DNA of 64,000 bases from the NCBI GenBank assembly GCA_965205945.1, contig CBDBIB010000003.1, positions 576,394-640,393 on the forward strand, in the 5' to 3' direction. Positions 30,580 to 41,222 of this stretch are shown one piece after another. The DNA comes from Bdellovibrionales bacterium (GTDB lineage: Bacteria; Bdellovibrionota; Bdellovibrionia; Bdellovibrionales; UBA1609). A program made the position numbers and the translations under genes. Every line of letters begins with the position of its first letter. The stretch's first letter is position 1. The notes beneath the pieces are model-generated. The model made no database searches and had not been told where the DNA came from. It saw only the letters and a list, made by a program, of their open reading frames with translations.

Positions 30580-32034
30580 ATGAAAAAAATATATAAAGAT
30601 ATACTAATAGGTTTAATTTTAGCTTCATTTGTTTTTACACCAACTGCATTTGCAAAGCCTCAGGGCGTTGATATTAAAAATTCAGTAAAAGTGCCTTCTT
30701 ATGCAAAAATGTCTAAGGTAATAAAGAAGAATAAAAAAGCTTTAAAAGTTTCAGATTTTATAGAATCAGCAAAACCAATGCTCAATAAAAGAGCGTATAA
30801 AGACATTTTAAAAATGGCTTTTCCTGTTTGGGATAAGAAATTTGTTAAATTTAAAGTTGGACAGGATTATTTTAAGATAAAATTTAAAGATCAGTCTCTT
30901 TTTATAAGGTATGTGGATCAAGGGCCGGTGGCTTTTATAGTAAACGATGAACCTTTTTTATGGAAAGATTTTTTAATTTATAGCCGAGTAAAAGCAAGGC
31001 TTACTCAGATTATTATGAATGGAAAAACTAAAAAAGTTTCATTTATTGAGTCTATTTTAAAGGATCTTTTTCCTAAAGCATATGCAGTATTGCCAGAAAT
31101 TTCTTATACTTCTGCTGAGTGTCAAGAGAAGAAAGCTAAGGGTGGAGATCAGTGCAAAAGTAAAAATCCTATTCAATGTCATCCTAGGGCTATAGCGTGT
31201 GGATGTTCTTTTGGAGGGAAAGCCTTGGTGGGTACTACTAAAGACGGCAATCAGGTTTATGGCGGTTGTAAATGCCCTAATGAGTATATCTTTAAACCCA
31301 ACAAAAGTCCAACATTATGCCCAAAATGTGACGAAACTACAAATATGATAATGGAAAATGGAAAATGTAATTGTATGCCTGGCACTAAGGAGATAAATGC
31401 TAAAAAACTAAATCGTTCCTGTGAATGCCCTGAAGGTAAAGAAATAGTTAACCAGGAATGTATTGAAAAATGTAAGTCACCAACTACGAGAAATACAGAA
31501 GGAAAATGTAGTTGTCCTGAGGATAAAGATTTAGTAGGTGATAAATGTGTTGAAAAATGTAAGTCACCAACTACGAGAAATACAGAAGGAAAATGTAGTT
31601 GTCCTAATAATCAGATACTTAAAGGGAAAGAGGGAAATCAATCCTGTGGTTGTCCTGAGGATAAAGATTTAGTAGGTGATAAATGTGTTGAAAAATGTGG
31701 TTTCTTAAAAAAGAGGAAGGACGATGGAACATGTGGGGTTGCGCTTATTCCCGTGTTACTTATTGCTGCTGGCGTGGCTGGATTAGCCTTTTTATTCTTT
31801 TGGAATAAAAACAGAAGAGAAAAAAGAAGAGAAGAAAAAAGAAGAAATAGTGGGTTACCAGTAACCAATTGGATTTCAAATTCTGAAGGAATGTGCCCAT
31901 CAGTTGGTGCTGATAAAAGAGGTATTGACCCCAATGATCTTTCACCACAATGTAGAAATGCAGTTTGTTCTGGTGGATCATGTGAAAATGACAATGATGC
32001 TAATTCAATAGAGGAAGGTGGGGAAGGGGAATAG
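30580..32034 (+). CDS. Cys-rich, secreted and membrane-anchored repeat protein of unknown function
   Basis: Signal peptide, CxCP-type repeats, TM segment ALIPVLLIAAGVAGLAFLFFW followed by a basic stretch; RBS GGAG before ATG 30580. Confidence 0.8.
   Translation: MKKIYKDILIGLILASFVFTPTAFAKPQGVDIKNSVKVPSYAKMSKVIKKNKKALKVSDFIESAKPMLNKRAYKDILKMAFPVWDKKFVKFKVGQDYFKIKFKDQSLFIRYVDQGPVAFIVNDEPFLWKDFLIYSRVKARLTQIIMNGKTKKVSFIESILKDLFPKAYAVLPEISYTSAECQEKKAKGGDQCKSKNPIQCHPRAIACGCSFGGKALVGTTKDGNQVYGGCKCPNEYIFKPNKSPTLCPKCDETTNMIMENGKCNCMPGTKEINAKKLNRSCECPEGKEIVNQECIEKCKSPTTRNTEGKCSCPEDKDLVGDKCVEKCKSPTTRNTEGKCSCPNNQILKGKEGNQSCGCPEDKDLVGDKCVEKCGFLKKRKDDGTCGVALIPVLLIAAGVAGLAFLFFWNKNRREKRREEKRRNSGLPVTNWISNSEGMCPSVGADKRGIDPNDLSPQCRNAVCSGGSCENDNDANSIEEGGEGE
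31462..31698 (+). repeat. Recent internal duplications in the Cys-rich gene
   Basis: EKCKSPTTRNTEGKCSCP twice and CPEDKDLVGDKCVEKC twice, each identical at the DNA level. Confidence 0.85.
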
Positions 32035-32585
32035 TAAAGCGTATAGCATATGTATTTTTTGGGTTTAAAAAACATTAAAAGCGCATACTTAAGATTTTAA
32101 AGCGCTTAGTGAAAGGGTAAAAAAAGAATACTAAACTAATGTGAGTTTTTTTAGTGGGTGTAGGGGTTATGTTTTAAAAAAGGTAATGTTAAGAGTGTTT
32201 GCTTAATAATAGGGTTGCACTTAGTTATCTACGTTGGATTTTGGAATGATGCAAATAAAGAGTTCATGCTTTAAAAGATTTTATTAAAAAGATTACTATT
32301 TACTTTAAATTTAAAACCCTAAAAAAAATAAATATTTTAAATTTAGATATGAAACAGGTTTTGTGTAAGAAAAGCTTTTTATACAGGTTTATTTTTTAAA
32401 AGAGGTAAATTTTAATATAGAGTAGAAGATATTTTTTAATTTTAAGTGCTAAAAGTTTTGAATCAAATAGAGCGTATTTTTAAAAATTCACCCAAGAGTT
32501 TTAGTGGTTTTAAACTTAGAGATTAAACTATTTTTTAAAAACAGTTAAGAAAGGGTGTTTTTAAAAGAGGGGAGTTGTAGTTTTA

Positions 32586-35012
32586 GTGGCAATTAAGATT
32601 TTATTTTTTGTTGCTTTTTTTATGCCGAGTGCTATGTTTGCTCACTCTATTTCTAATCATATCTTTAAGAATGTACAAAAACATGTTTTAAATAATGAAA
32701 ATAAGAAAGCTTTAGATTATTTAAGGAATTATTCAGGTGAATTAGAGGGTATTGATAAGCTTTTAGCAAAATATGTACAGGGTGTTTTAAATATTGAGCT
32801 TGGTGAGTACGAAAAAGCAGAAAAAAATTTTAATCAAACTGATGGCGTTAAAGAGCTGAGCGTATATATAGAGTACTACAGAGCTGTTATTGATTATAAT
32901 CAAAAAAAAATTTTAAAAGCAGAAGTGCATCTTAAGAAAGCTTTAAAAGAAAAAAACATTCAAAATTCTTTGTTACAAAGAATAAATTATTTATATGGTC
33001 GAATAGATTTAAAAAATAAAAAAGGACGAGCTGCATATAAAAAATTAAATCCACTTTTATACTCATGGAAAGGTGCTTCAACAAAGGCAGAGTTGTTAGA
33101 GGAGCTTTTGTTAGTGTCTATTCAAAAAGGACTCTTTAGTAAAAAATATTATTGTAAATGGTTTAAGGATTTATATATAAATCATCCCCTAAATAAATAT
33201 TCTTATGAGTGGGGGTTTAAAGATAAAAACTTATTGTTTGAAGGTAAAAAGATAAGGTGTAGTTTAACTTTAAAAAACATGAGATCTAAACTTAAACGTT
33301 ATTATCTTCAGGGGCTAGATAAAGAAATCCTTAAACATTTAAAAGAGATTAAAAATAATAAATATACATATGCAAGACTATTGTCTAGCTATTATTATTA
33401 TATTGGGAAGCCTGATAGATCATTAACAGTTATATTTAAAACTAAAAAAATTGAAGAAAATTATGATGAAAAAATTAGAATAGCAAAAGTCTTATACTAT
33501 GCTGGACAACCAGAAAAAACTCTTTCTGTTTATAAAGAGCTTTATAAGAAAGAAAAAACATATAGAAAAAAAGCAAGTCTTTTGTTTAAGCTTGCAAATT
33601 TAAATTTAGAGCTTTCAAACTTTAAAACTGCTCAGTTGTATTTTCAGAGTCTTTTAAAAGATTATGGAGGATCAACTTATGCTAAAAAAGCTCAATGGTT
33701 ATTTCCATGGAGTATGTATTTAGGTAAAAAATATCAAGAAGCATATTTAAGTTTTGTGATGCTTGGTGAAAAAATAAAAAAGAATTCTAAGCGATTTAAA
33801 CATGTTGATAAAAAAAAGGTTTACTATTGGGCCGCTAGATCTTTAGAAAAATTAGGTGAAGAAAGCAATGCTGTTTTAATATATAAGCAACTTATTATGG
33901 ATCCGTTAGTTTCCTATTACTCTATTCTTTCGGCCTTAAGATTAGAGGATATTGCTAAGAAAAATCAAATTTTGCTCACTACAAATAATTTTTTAAGGCT
34001 TGCTTGGGCTGATAAAAAGAAAAATATTTTAACTAGGCGCGATCTTTTTTTAGAAAGTTTTAAGCCTTTAACACGTATACCCTCAACACTTTATATAAAA
34101 ACAGGGTTAAAAGATATGGCATTAATAGATTTAAAATCTTTTTTTCCAAAAGATGAAGTTAAAGATGTACCTTTAAAAGAGTCAGATTACTTTTTATATA
34201 TGCAACGCTATACTTATTTAGCTAGAATGGGGTTTTGGAATGACGCAAATGAAGAACTTGTTGTTATTAAAGAACTTTCAAAAACTAAAGGCTTAAAAGA
34301 AAAACTATTAGGACTTTTTCAAAATACAAGAGATTTTAGTAATCTTTCAAAACTGGCTTCTACGTCATTTTATAAAGAACATTATTTTTCTAAGCCTAAA
34401 AGAGCGTATAAATTTTGGTCTAAATCATATCCTAAAGCTTACGAAAAACATGTTTTAAAGATGTCTAATTTATTTAATGTTTCTAAAAATTTAGTTTGGA
34501 GTGTAATGAGGGCTGAAAGCTTTTTTGATGCAAAAGCACTTTCTTCAGCTGGAGCTAGAGGGCTTCTTCAAATTATGCCATATACAGGGGCCAAAATTTT
34601 AAGCATTTTATCTGGTAAAAACCCTTTATTAGACAAAATTACTTCAGATCAACAAGCACATATTTCAAAAACGCTTTTAAAACCAAAAGTAAATATTCTT
34701 TATGGAACAAAATATTTAAGTAGGTTAAATAAACAGTTTAAAGGTTATTTACCCTTTGTTGTGGCAGCTTATAACGCAGGTCCACATAGAGTAAAGATGT
34801 GGAGTAAAATGATTGGTCAAATGGACCAGGATGAGTTTACTGAGCGAGTGCCGTTTAAAGAGACAAAATCTTATATTAAAAAAGTAATGCGCAATATGTT
34901 TGTCTATAGCTCTTTATATGGCAAAGAGGCTAGTATGTATTATTTAATTAAACCCACAGCCTATATAGAAGTAGGAGAAGCTCCAACAGCAGAATATTGG
35001 GGTAAATTTTAA
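32586..35012 (+). CDS. slt: Soluble lytic murein transglycosylase with TPR-like N-terminus
   Basis: VMRAESFF, GARGLLQIMP, AAYNAGP and ETKSYIKKV. Confidence 0.9.
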   Translation: MAIKILFFVAFFMPSAMFAHSISNHIFKNVQKHVLNNENKKALDYLRNYSGELEGIDKLLAKYVQGVLNIELGEYEKAEKNFNQTDGVKELSVYIEYYRAVIDYNQKKILKAEVHLKKALKEKNIQNSLLQRINYLYGRIDLKNKKGRAAYKKLNPLLYSWKGASTKAELLEELLLVSIQKGLFSKKYYCKWFKDLYINHPLNKYSYEWGFKDKNLLFEGKKIRCSLTLKNMRSKLKRYYLQGLDKEILKHLKEIKNNKYTYARLLSSYYYYIGKPDRSLTVIFKTKKIEENYDEKIRIAKVLYYAGQPEKTLSVYKELYKKEKTYRKKASLLFKLANLNLELSNFKTAQLYFQSLLKDYGGSTYAKKAQWLFPWSMYLGKKYQEAYLSFVMLGEKIKKNSKRFKHVDKKKVYYWAARSLEKLGEESNAVLIYKQLIMDPLVSYYSILSALRLEDIAKKNQILLTTNNFLRLAWADKKKNILTRRDLFLESFKPLTRIPSTLYIKTGLKDMALIDLKSFFPKDEVKDVPLKESDYFLYMQRYTYLARMGFWNDANEELVVIKELSKTKGLKEKLLGLFQNTRDFSNLSKLASTSFYKEHYFSKPKRAYKFWSKSYPKAYEKHVLKMSNLFNVSKNLVWSVMRAESFFDAKALSSAGARGLLQIMPYTGAKILSILSGKNPLLDKITSDQQAHISKTLLKPKVNILYGTKYLSRLNKQFKGYLPFVVAAYNAGPHRVKMWSKMIGQMDQDEFTERVPFKETKSYIKKVMRNMFVYSSLYGKEASMYYLIKPTAYIEVGEAPTAEYWGKF

Positions 35013-35095
35013 GGTTTTTAGAGTTTAAATTAAGAACCCTCTTTGCAAGAAATCTTAATATGTGATTAAACCCTTCTTTATAAAAGGGGGCATAA

Positions 35096-36679
35096 GTGCT
35101 TAGGATTTTAATACTATTTATTTTGTTAATTCCACTTACGACGTCTTGTAAGAAAAAGAATTCTAAAGGGGACTTTGGGCTTAAGGTATCTGAAACATTA
35201 AGAATGAGGATTATCGGGGAGCCTCCAACACTAGATTGGCATAAATCAACCGACTCAACATCGAGTTTTTTAACTCAAAATATTATGGAAGGATTGGTGC
35301 AGTTTAAATACACTAGTGGTGAGGTTAGGTTATCACCATCTTTGGCAACAGAATGGAAGCCCTTAAAAGGCGCTAAGGTCTGGGAATTTAAAATTAGAGA
35401 GGGTATGAAGTGGAGTGATGGTCAACCTTTTGAACCTCAACATATTATTGATGGTTGGGAAAGGCTATTGAATCCTTTAACAGCGTCTCAGTACGCATAC
35501 TTTTTATATGGTATTAAAAATGCAAGAATGTATAATGAAGGTAAAATAAAAGATTTTAATCAAATTGGAGTAAAGCTTAAAGGAAATATTATTCGCGTTG
35601 AATTAGAAAAGGCAATGCAATTTCCATATCTTTTAACTCATGCCTCAACTTTTCCAATAAGAAAAGATATTGTAAATAAATTTGGTAATAAATGGACTGA
35701 TCCTAAAAATATTGTAACCTTAGGGCCTTATAATCTTATTAAATGGGATCATGATAAGGCTTTAATTATAGAAAGAAATCCTCTTTTTTTTGATAAACCT
35801 GCAAAGATTAAAAATATTATTTTTTATGTGATTTCAGAAACACAAACTGCTTTAAATTTGTTTGATGCAGGAAAAATTGATGTATTAAGAACGCTACCAG
35901 CTAAAGATCTTCCTATTTTAAGGGCAAGAAAAGAGTTTTTAGAGTATCCGGTGTTAGTCACTTACTATTATGGGTTTAACACCCAAAAAGCCCCTACGGA
36001 TAATGTGTTAGTTAGAAAAGCCTTATCTCATGCAATTGATAGGAATCAAATTACAAAGATGTTGCAAGGAGGGCAAAAGCCTTTAACAGGGTGGATTCCC
36101 CATGGAATGTTTGGGCACAATGGTGATGTAGGTTTAGCCTTTGATCCGATCAGGGCTAAGAAATATTTAAAAGATGCTGGATATGATGAAACAACCCCTT
36201 TTCCTAAAATTGAGCTGTCTTTTAACACCCTTGAAGATCATAAAAGAATTGCTGAAAATATTCAATCTCAATTAAAAGAAAATTTAGGTGTTATAGTTGA
36301 AATTAAAAATGAAGAGTGGAAGGTCTACTTACAAACTATAAGAGTCAATCCATCTCATATGTATAGAATGGGTTGGGTTGCAGATTATCCAGATCCAAAT
36401 AATTTTTTTGAGTTATTATTATCATATTCTGAGCAAAATCATACGGGTTGGAAAAATAAAACATTTGATAAAATAATCGAAGATGCTGTGGAGTTAGTTG
36501 ATAATAAGCCTAAGAGATTAGCTCTTTATTTAAAAGCACATCAAATTTTAGTAAATCAAGATGTTCCTGTTTTTCCGGTGTATACAAAGGTTGCTCATCA
36601 TCTTATAGCAAATAGGGTCATCTCTTTTCCAACTAATGTTATGGAAGAGTATAAGTTAAAAAAGACAAGTGTTCAATAA
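35096..36679 (+). CDS. oppA: Oligopeptide ABC transporter substrate-binding lipoprotein
   Basis: Lipobox LTTSC, EPPTLD, KWSDG, GPY.L..W and GWVADYPDP. Confidence 0.92.
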   Translation: MLRILILFILLIPLTTSCKKKNSKGDFGLKVSETLRMRIIGEPPTLDWHKSTDSTSSFLTQNIMEGLVQFKYTSGEVRLSPSLATEWKPLKGAKVWEFKIREGMKWSDGQPFEPQHIIDGWERLLNPLTASQYAYFLYGIKNARMYNEGKIKDFNQIGVKLKGNIIRVELEKAMQFPYLLTHASTFPIRKDIVNKFGNKWTDPKNIVTLGPYNLIKWDHDKALIIERNPLFFDKPAKIKNIIFYVISETQTALNLFDAGKIDVLRTLPAKDLPILRARKEFLEYPVLVTYYYGFNTQKAPTDNVLVRKALSHAIDRNQITKMLQGGQKPLTGWIPHGMFGHNGDVGLAFDPIRAKKYLKDAGYDETTPFPKIELSFNTLEDHKRIAENIQSQLKENLGVIVEIKNEEWKVYLQTIRVNPSHMYRMGWVADYPDPNNFFELLLSYSEQNHTGWKNKTFDKIIEDAVELVDNKPKRLALYLKAHQILVNQDVPVFPVYTKVAHHLIANRVISFPTNVMEEYKLKKTSVQ

Positions 36680-36694
36680 AGTGATAAGTTTAAA

Positions 36695-37777
36695 ATGAAA
36701 AGCTTTAATTTATCAAAAATATTTTTATTCATTATATTAATCACGATTTCATTTATTGTAGGGCTTAATTTATTAAATTATGAAGTTTCATACTTTTTAA
36801 GTGGAATATTTGCTGTAGAAATATTTAGTGGTTTAGTATTTTTTGCATATATTAACAATTCAACTATATATTGTCTTAAAAGAATTTTAGAGGCTATGGT
36901 GACTCTTTTTGTTATAGCAACTTTAACTTTTATTTTATTAAGATTCATTCCTGGAGGGCCTTTTGATACTGAAAAAGTTTTACCTCCAGAGATTAAGGCA
37001 AATATTGAAAAAAAATATGGTCTTGATCAGCCGGCTATAGTTCAGTATATGACTTATTTAAAAAAAACTGTCACCTTAAAGCTTGGTGAGTCATATAAAT
37101 ATATAGGCAGATCTGTCGGAGATATAATAGTAGAAAGCTTTCCGGCCTCATTTATTTTGGGTATTTACGCGTTTGCATTGTCGTTTATTATTGGAATACC
37201 ATTGGGGGTTTTTGCAGCATCAAGACACAACACATGGTGGGATACTATTGCTATGGGAGTTGCTATAAGTGGTGTTGCATTGCCTAACTTTTTAGTAGGC
37301 TCAGTTTTAATTATGATATTCTCATATTACTTAAAAGTTTTACCCCCAGCTATGTGGGACAGCTCGCTTCATTATATTTTACCTGTTGTGACTTTAGGGA
37401 TAAGACCTGCAGCATTTATAGCAAGGCTTACAAGATCTACGGTTTTAGATGTCATTAGAGCTGACTACATTAGAACCGCTAGATCTAAAGGTTTATCTGA
37501 ATTTACAATTTTATATAAGCATGTGTTAAAAAACTCTCTTATTCCAGTGTTGACGTATTCAGGACCTTTACTTGCAGGGATTCTTTCAGGATCGTTTGTA
37601 ATTGAAATTTTATTTGCTGTTCCTGGAATTGGTAAGTATTTGGTTCAATCAGTTACAAATAGAGACTATCCATTAATATTAGGCTTAACTCTTTTATATT
37701 CAGTATTGTTAGTGTTGAGCAACCTTGTTGTTGATTTATTATACTCATTTTTTGATCCAAGAATTAGATTGGCTTAA
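36695..37777 (+). CDS. oppB: Oligopeptide ABC transporter permease
   Basis: PGGPF, DYIRTARSKGL and NRDYP. Confidence 0.92.
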   Translation: MKSFNLSKIFLFIILITISFIVGLNLLNYEVSYFLSGIFAVEIFSGLVFFAYINNSTIYCLKRILEAMVTLFVIATLTFILLRFIPGGPFDTEKVLPPEIKANIEKKYGLDQPAIVQYMTYLKKTVTLKLGESYKYIGRSVGDIIVESFPASFILGIYAFALSFIIGIPLGVFAASRHNTWWDTIAMGVAISGVALPNFLVGSVLIMIFSYYLKVLPPAMWDSSLHYILPVVTLGIRPAAFIARLTRSTVLDVIRADYIRTARSKGLSEFTILYKHVLKNSLIPVLTYSGPLLAGILSGSFVIEILFAVPGIGKYLVQSVTNRDYPLILGLTLLYSVLLVLSNLVVDLLYSFFDPRIRLA

Positions 37778-37787
37778 GGGAACTTGT

Positions 37788-38690
37788 ATGAGCGAAAATA
37801 AAATTTTAAAAAATATAGAGTCAAAAAGTCTGTGGGGAGATTCTTTTTTTAGATTAAAAAAAAATAAGGCTTCAATGCTATCATTTTATTTTGTATTTTT
37901 AATTTGTTTAGTAGCTTTATTTGCTAAATATTTAGCGCCGTATTCTTTTGAAACACAACATATTGATCATTTACTAGAAGCTCCAAGTTTAACATTTTTA
38001 TTAGGCACAGACAGTTTAGGTAGGGATGTTTTTTCAAGAATTATTTATGGAGCTAGAATGTCTATGTCCATAGGAATTTTTACGGCTCTAATCTCAATGT
38101 TTATAGGAACTATTTATGGGTGTATTTCTGGCTGGATTGGAGGTCGTGTAGATGCTATTATGATGAGAACTATAGATATTTTGATTTCCATACCATCAAT
38201 GGTTCTTTTAATTTTAGTGAAAGTTATTTTTGATTCAGTAAACTTTTTTCAAAACCCGGAGTTAAGAGCCTTAACGGGGATGCTGTTAGCGTTGAGTATG
38301 GTGGGCTGGGTTACCTTAGCAAGGGTTGTTAGGGGGCAGGTCTTGCAAGTTAAGGAGTTAACCTTTATTGAAGCGGCACAAGCTTTAGGATCTCCAGGAT
38401 ATAAGATTTTATTAAAGCATATTTTCCCTAATATTTTAGGGCCGATTGTTGTACTTCTAACCTTTCAGATTCCTTCAAATATTCTTATTGAGAGTTTTTT
38501 AAGTTTTATTGGATTGGGTTTACAACCGCCTTATAGCAGCTGGGGAGTGTTAGCGGCTGATGGCTGGCGCTCTATGAGATCCTTTCCACACTTAATACTC
38601 TACCCCTCAATTGCGTTAGGGCTTACTATGCTGGCTTTTAATCTTTTTGGAGATGGTTTAAGAGATGCATTCGATCCTAAAATGAAATAA
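37788..38690 (+). CDS. oppC: Oligopeptide ABC transporter permease
   Basis: LGTDSLGRD, EAAQALG, LSFIGLG and GDGLRDAFDP. Confidence 0.92.
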   Translation: MSENKILKNIESKSLWGDSFFRLKKNKASMLSFYFVFLICLVALFAKYLAPYSFETQHIDHLLEAPSLTFLLGTDSLGRDVFSRIIYGARMSMSIGIFTALISMFIGTIYGCISGWIGGRVDAIMMRTIDILISIPSMVLLILVKVIFDSVNFFQNPELRALTGMLLALSMVGWVTLARVVRGQVLQVKELTFIEAAQALGSPGYKILLKHIFPNILGPIVVLLTFQIPSNILIESFLSFIGLGLQPPYSSWGVLAADGWRSMRSFPHLILYPSIALGLTMLAFNLFGDGLRDAFDPKMK

Positions 38691-38781
38691 TATCTGAATT
38701 TTTTTCAACTATAACCTTAATAATAGCTAATTTAAAGCAGATAAGATATTTTGTAGAGCGATTTAGATTAAGGATGTAAAT

Positions 38782-41214
38782 ATGTATGATAAAAAAAATA
38801 AGCTATTAGTATTAAAAACAGCTTTCTTTTGTTTCTTTATTTGTACAAACGTAAATGCAGCGATCACTTGTAAAAGTTTTTTAAGACAAGAAATCCCTCT
38901 TAAAAGTCTTGAATATTACTCAGCTCAACTTTCTAAGGAAATTAGTATTTCAAAAGCGATAGAGCCTAAATTTTTAGACCCAGTTAAAGAAATTAAACTT
39001 ACTAAAAAGTGGAGGGGAATAATAACGGGTGTTCCAAAGTCAGTAAGGTCAGTTCTTCATAAAGGAGCTAGAATATTAGATTATCAAGTTTTAACAGCCG
39101 ATAAAGATGCTGTGGTTAGAGCTTCTGCGGGAAAATTTACAAGTTTTAGATTTATTCATGAGTGGCGTGGCAAAGATATGTCTACTAATATAGGTCTTCC
39201 TATTTCTTCAATTTTTTTAAAAGCTTTAGAGAAGAAGAATGAAGGAAAGCTTGTTCCTGAAAATGCAGAGGCTGTTTTTATATTTATGCATGGTGGTGGT
39301 ACTAAGACTACCGGGCATCAAGTTGCTGCTAATATCACTAATTACTTAGAACAGTTTGGCGTAGTTGTACTTTCTATAGATGCTCCCTTTCATGCTTACG
39401 GTCCAAGAGTTCAGGATTTAAGTCCTAAAGAGTATTATGAATATTTAAGGGACTTTAGACATAAATATATACCTGCTAGAGTGGATACATTTATCGGTGG
39501 GCATAGCATGGGTGGTCTTCATGCTGATAATATCATGAGAATGTCTGATAATAAAGAGCTTAAAATGGCTGAAGCCTTTAAGGGGTTAATTAATTTATCA
39601 GGTCCAATGGATAGTGCACCAGGCAAGTCTGTTGGGGAGAAGGAAAAAGCTGCTAAAGAAATTAGCTCTAATAAGGAATTAATGAAATTAGTGCCTGCAG
39701 AGGAAAGAGATTTAATGACTACACTTCTTCTTCAAGGTAAATCTTCAGCTTTAAGTAGCTTAAGTGCAGAAACTTTTTCCATAGGTGTAAACTGGGTTAA
39801 GCCTTTGCATAATGGAAAAGATTACATTCCAACACTGGTCATTATGGGAGAAAGAGATGCTTTATATGTTGGGCAGGAAAAAATATTTGATGAGCATTTA
39901 ACTGCTTTACAAAATACAGAAACACATATCTTGGGTCAGAGAAAATCTTTAAAAGAGGAAAGAGATATTTGGGTTTCTCATATGATTTTTGATCATAAAA
40001 GACCTAAAAGCCAAGTAGATACAGGTGAAACATTTTTACTGATTAAAGAGTTTATAGAGACAACTTTAGGGAAGAAATTAAATAGTGAAGTCCCTTTTGT
40101 TGTTGCTTCTAAAGGAAAACAAAACCAGAATGCCACAGGGGCTCAAGCTGGACAAATTGTGAGTCAATTCATTCAAACTTATATTGGAAATTTAGCGTTT
40201 AGAAAATTTGCTCAGCAATATGTTATTACTGAAAAAAAAGCATCTTCTTTACTTAATGATATGAATAAAGAATCTCAAGAAAAATATAAAACTTTAAGTT
40301 TACTTAGAAGAGAACTTAAAATGCTTAAAAAATCTGATTCAAAATCTGAAAAAATTACTGAATTAGAAAAAACCATTAATGCTCAAGATGCTGAAGTTAA
40401 AATTTTAAAATCAAAGATTCAATCTAATTATATTCCTGAGAATGCAGCAGATAATGCTTTTGCTAAAATTAATATAGAGGAGCGAGAAAGGCTGAGAAAA
40501 AAAATATTTGAAAATAATGGGAATAAAAAAGCTCTTAAAGGTAAATTACGAGCCCTTCAAGAGCAAGTAAAAGATCTTAAAATTAAATCTGAAAGAGTTC
40601 TTGCTGAGGTTTTACATAGAGAAAATCATAAAAATAGAGAACTTGTATTAGCAAAAGATGCAATTCGGCTGTCGTTAAATAGACTGTTAAAGCTTCAAAT
40701 TCAAATGAATAAGCGTAATAGTGAAATAGTGAGAGCAAACCATGAAAAAGGTATTTCTAAAATTAACCCTCCAGCAGATCTTATTAAAATCTATGAAGAA
40801 TTAAATCAAGCCTATGCAGAGTATAATCAAGAAGTTACTAAGGGTAAAGAAATTGTAAAAAAACTTATTTTAGAGGGTGAATTTGGAGATGATTTTTTAG
40901 CTATTTATACCAAGCTTCATGGGGTAGGGCCAGAAAAAGGCCTCCTTAATGGTATTCATGAATTAAGAGTTGAGTTAGTTGAGATTGAAAAAAATCATGC
41001 TGATTTAAGTAAGAAAACTTCGGATCTATTAGTAGCTTATATTCATAGAATAACACCAGAACTCTATACTATAATTAAGACAACGGGGGAAAAGGAGCTA
41101 GATAGGCCGATTAATGAGCTTTTAAAAGACACTTCTGGACTTCAAAGTATTTGGGCTGTTTGGCTTCATATTTGGAGGGATCGCCCAGCTGAGCAGGGAG
41201 TATCTCTGTACTAA
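38782..41214 (+). CDS. Secreted alpha/beta-hydrolase with long C-terminal coiled-coil region
   Basis: Signal peptide, FMHGGG, nucleophile GHSMG, GERD and SHM; heptad-rich K/E/L C-terminal half. Confidence 0.8.
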   Translation: MYDKKNKLLVLKTAFFCFFICTNVNAAITCKSFLRQEIPLKSLEYYSAQLSKEISISKAIEPKFLDPVKEIKLTKKWRGIITGVPKSVRSVLHKGARILDYQVLTADKDAVVRASAGKFTSFRFIHEWRGKDMSTNIGLPISSIFLKALEKKNEGKLVPENAEAVFIFMHGGGTKTTGHQVAANITNYLEQFGVVVLSIDAPFHAYGPRVQDLSPKEYYEYLRDFRHKYIPARVDTFIGGHSMGGLHADNIMRMSDNKELKMAEAFKGLINLSGPMDSAPGKSVGEKEKAAKEISSNKELMKLVPAEERDLMTTLLLQGKSSALSSLSAETFSIGVNWVKPLHNGKDYIPTLVIMGERDALYVGQEKIFDEHLTALQNTETHILGQRKSLKEERDIWVSHMIFDHKRPKSQVDTGETFLLIKEFIETTLGKKLNSEVPFVVASKGKQNQNATGAQAGQIVSQFIQTYIGNLAFRKFAQQYVITEKKASSLLNDMNKESQEKYKTLSLLRRELKMLKKSDSKSEKITELEKTINAQDAEVKILKSKIQSNYIPENAADNAFAKINIEERERLRKKIFENNGNKKALKGKLRALQEQVKDLKIKSERVLAEVLHRENHKNRELVLAKDAIRLSLNRLLKLQIQMNKRNSEIVRANHEKGISKINPPADLIKIYEELNQAYAEYNQEVTKGKEIVKKLILEGEFGDDFLAIYTKLHGVGPEKGLLNGIHELRVELVEIEKNHADLSKKTSDLLVAYIHRITPELYTIIKTTGEKELDRPINELLKDTSGLQSIWAVWLHIWRDRPAEQGVSLY

Positions 41215-41222
41215 AATGAGTT

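Noticed and set aside
31638..32075. Minus-strand ORFs (145 and 73 aa)
   Set aside because: Antisense to the Cys-rich gene.
32040..32585. 550-bp AT-rich intergenic region as a possible ncRNA or riboswitch
   Set aside because: No stable hairpin or known motif recognised by eye; an Rfam scan would be needed.
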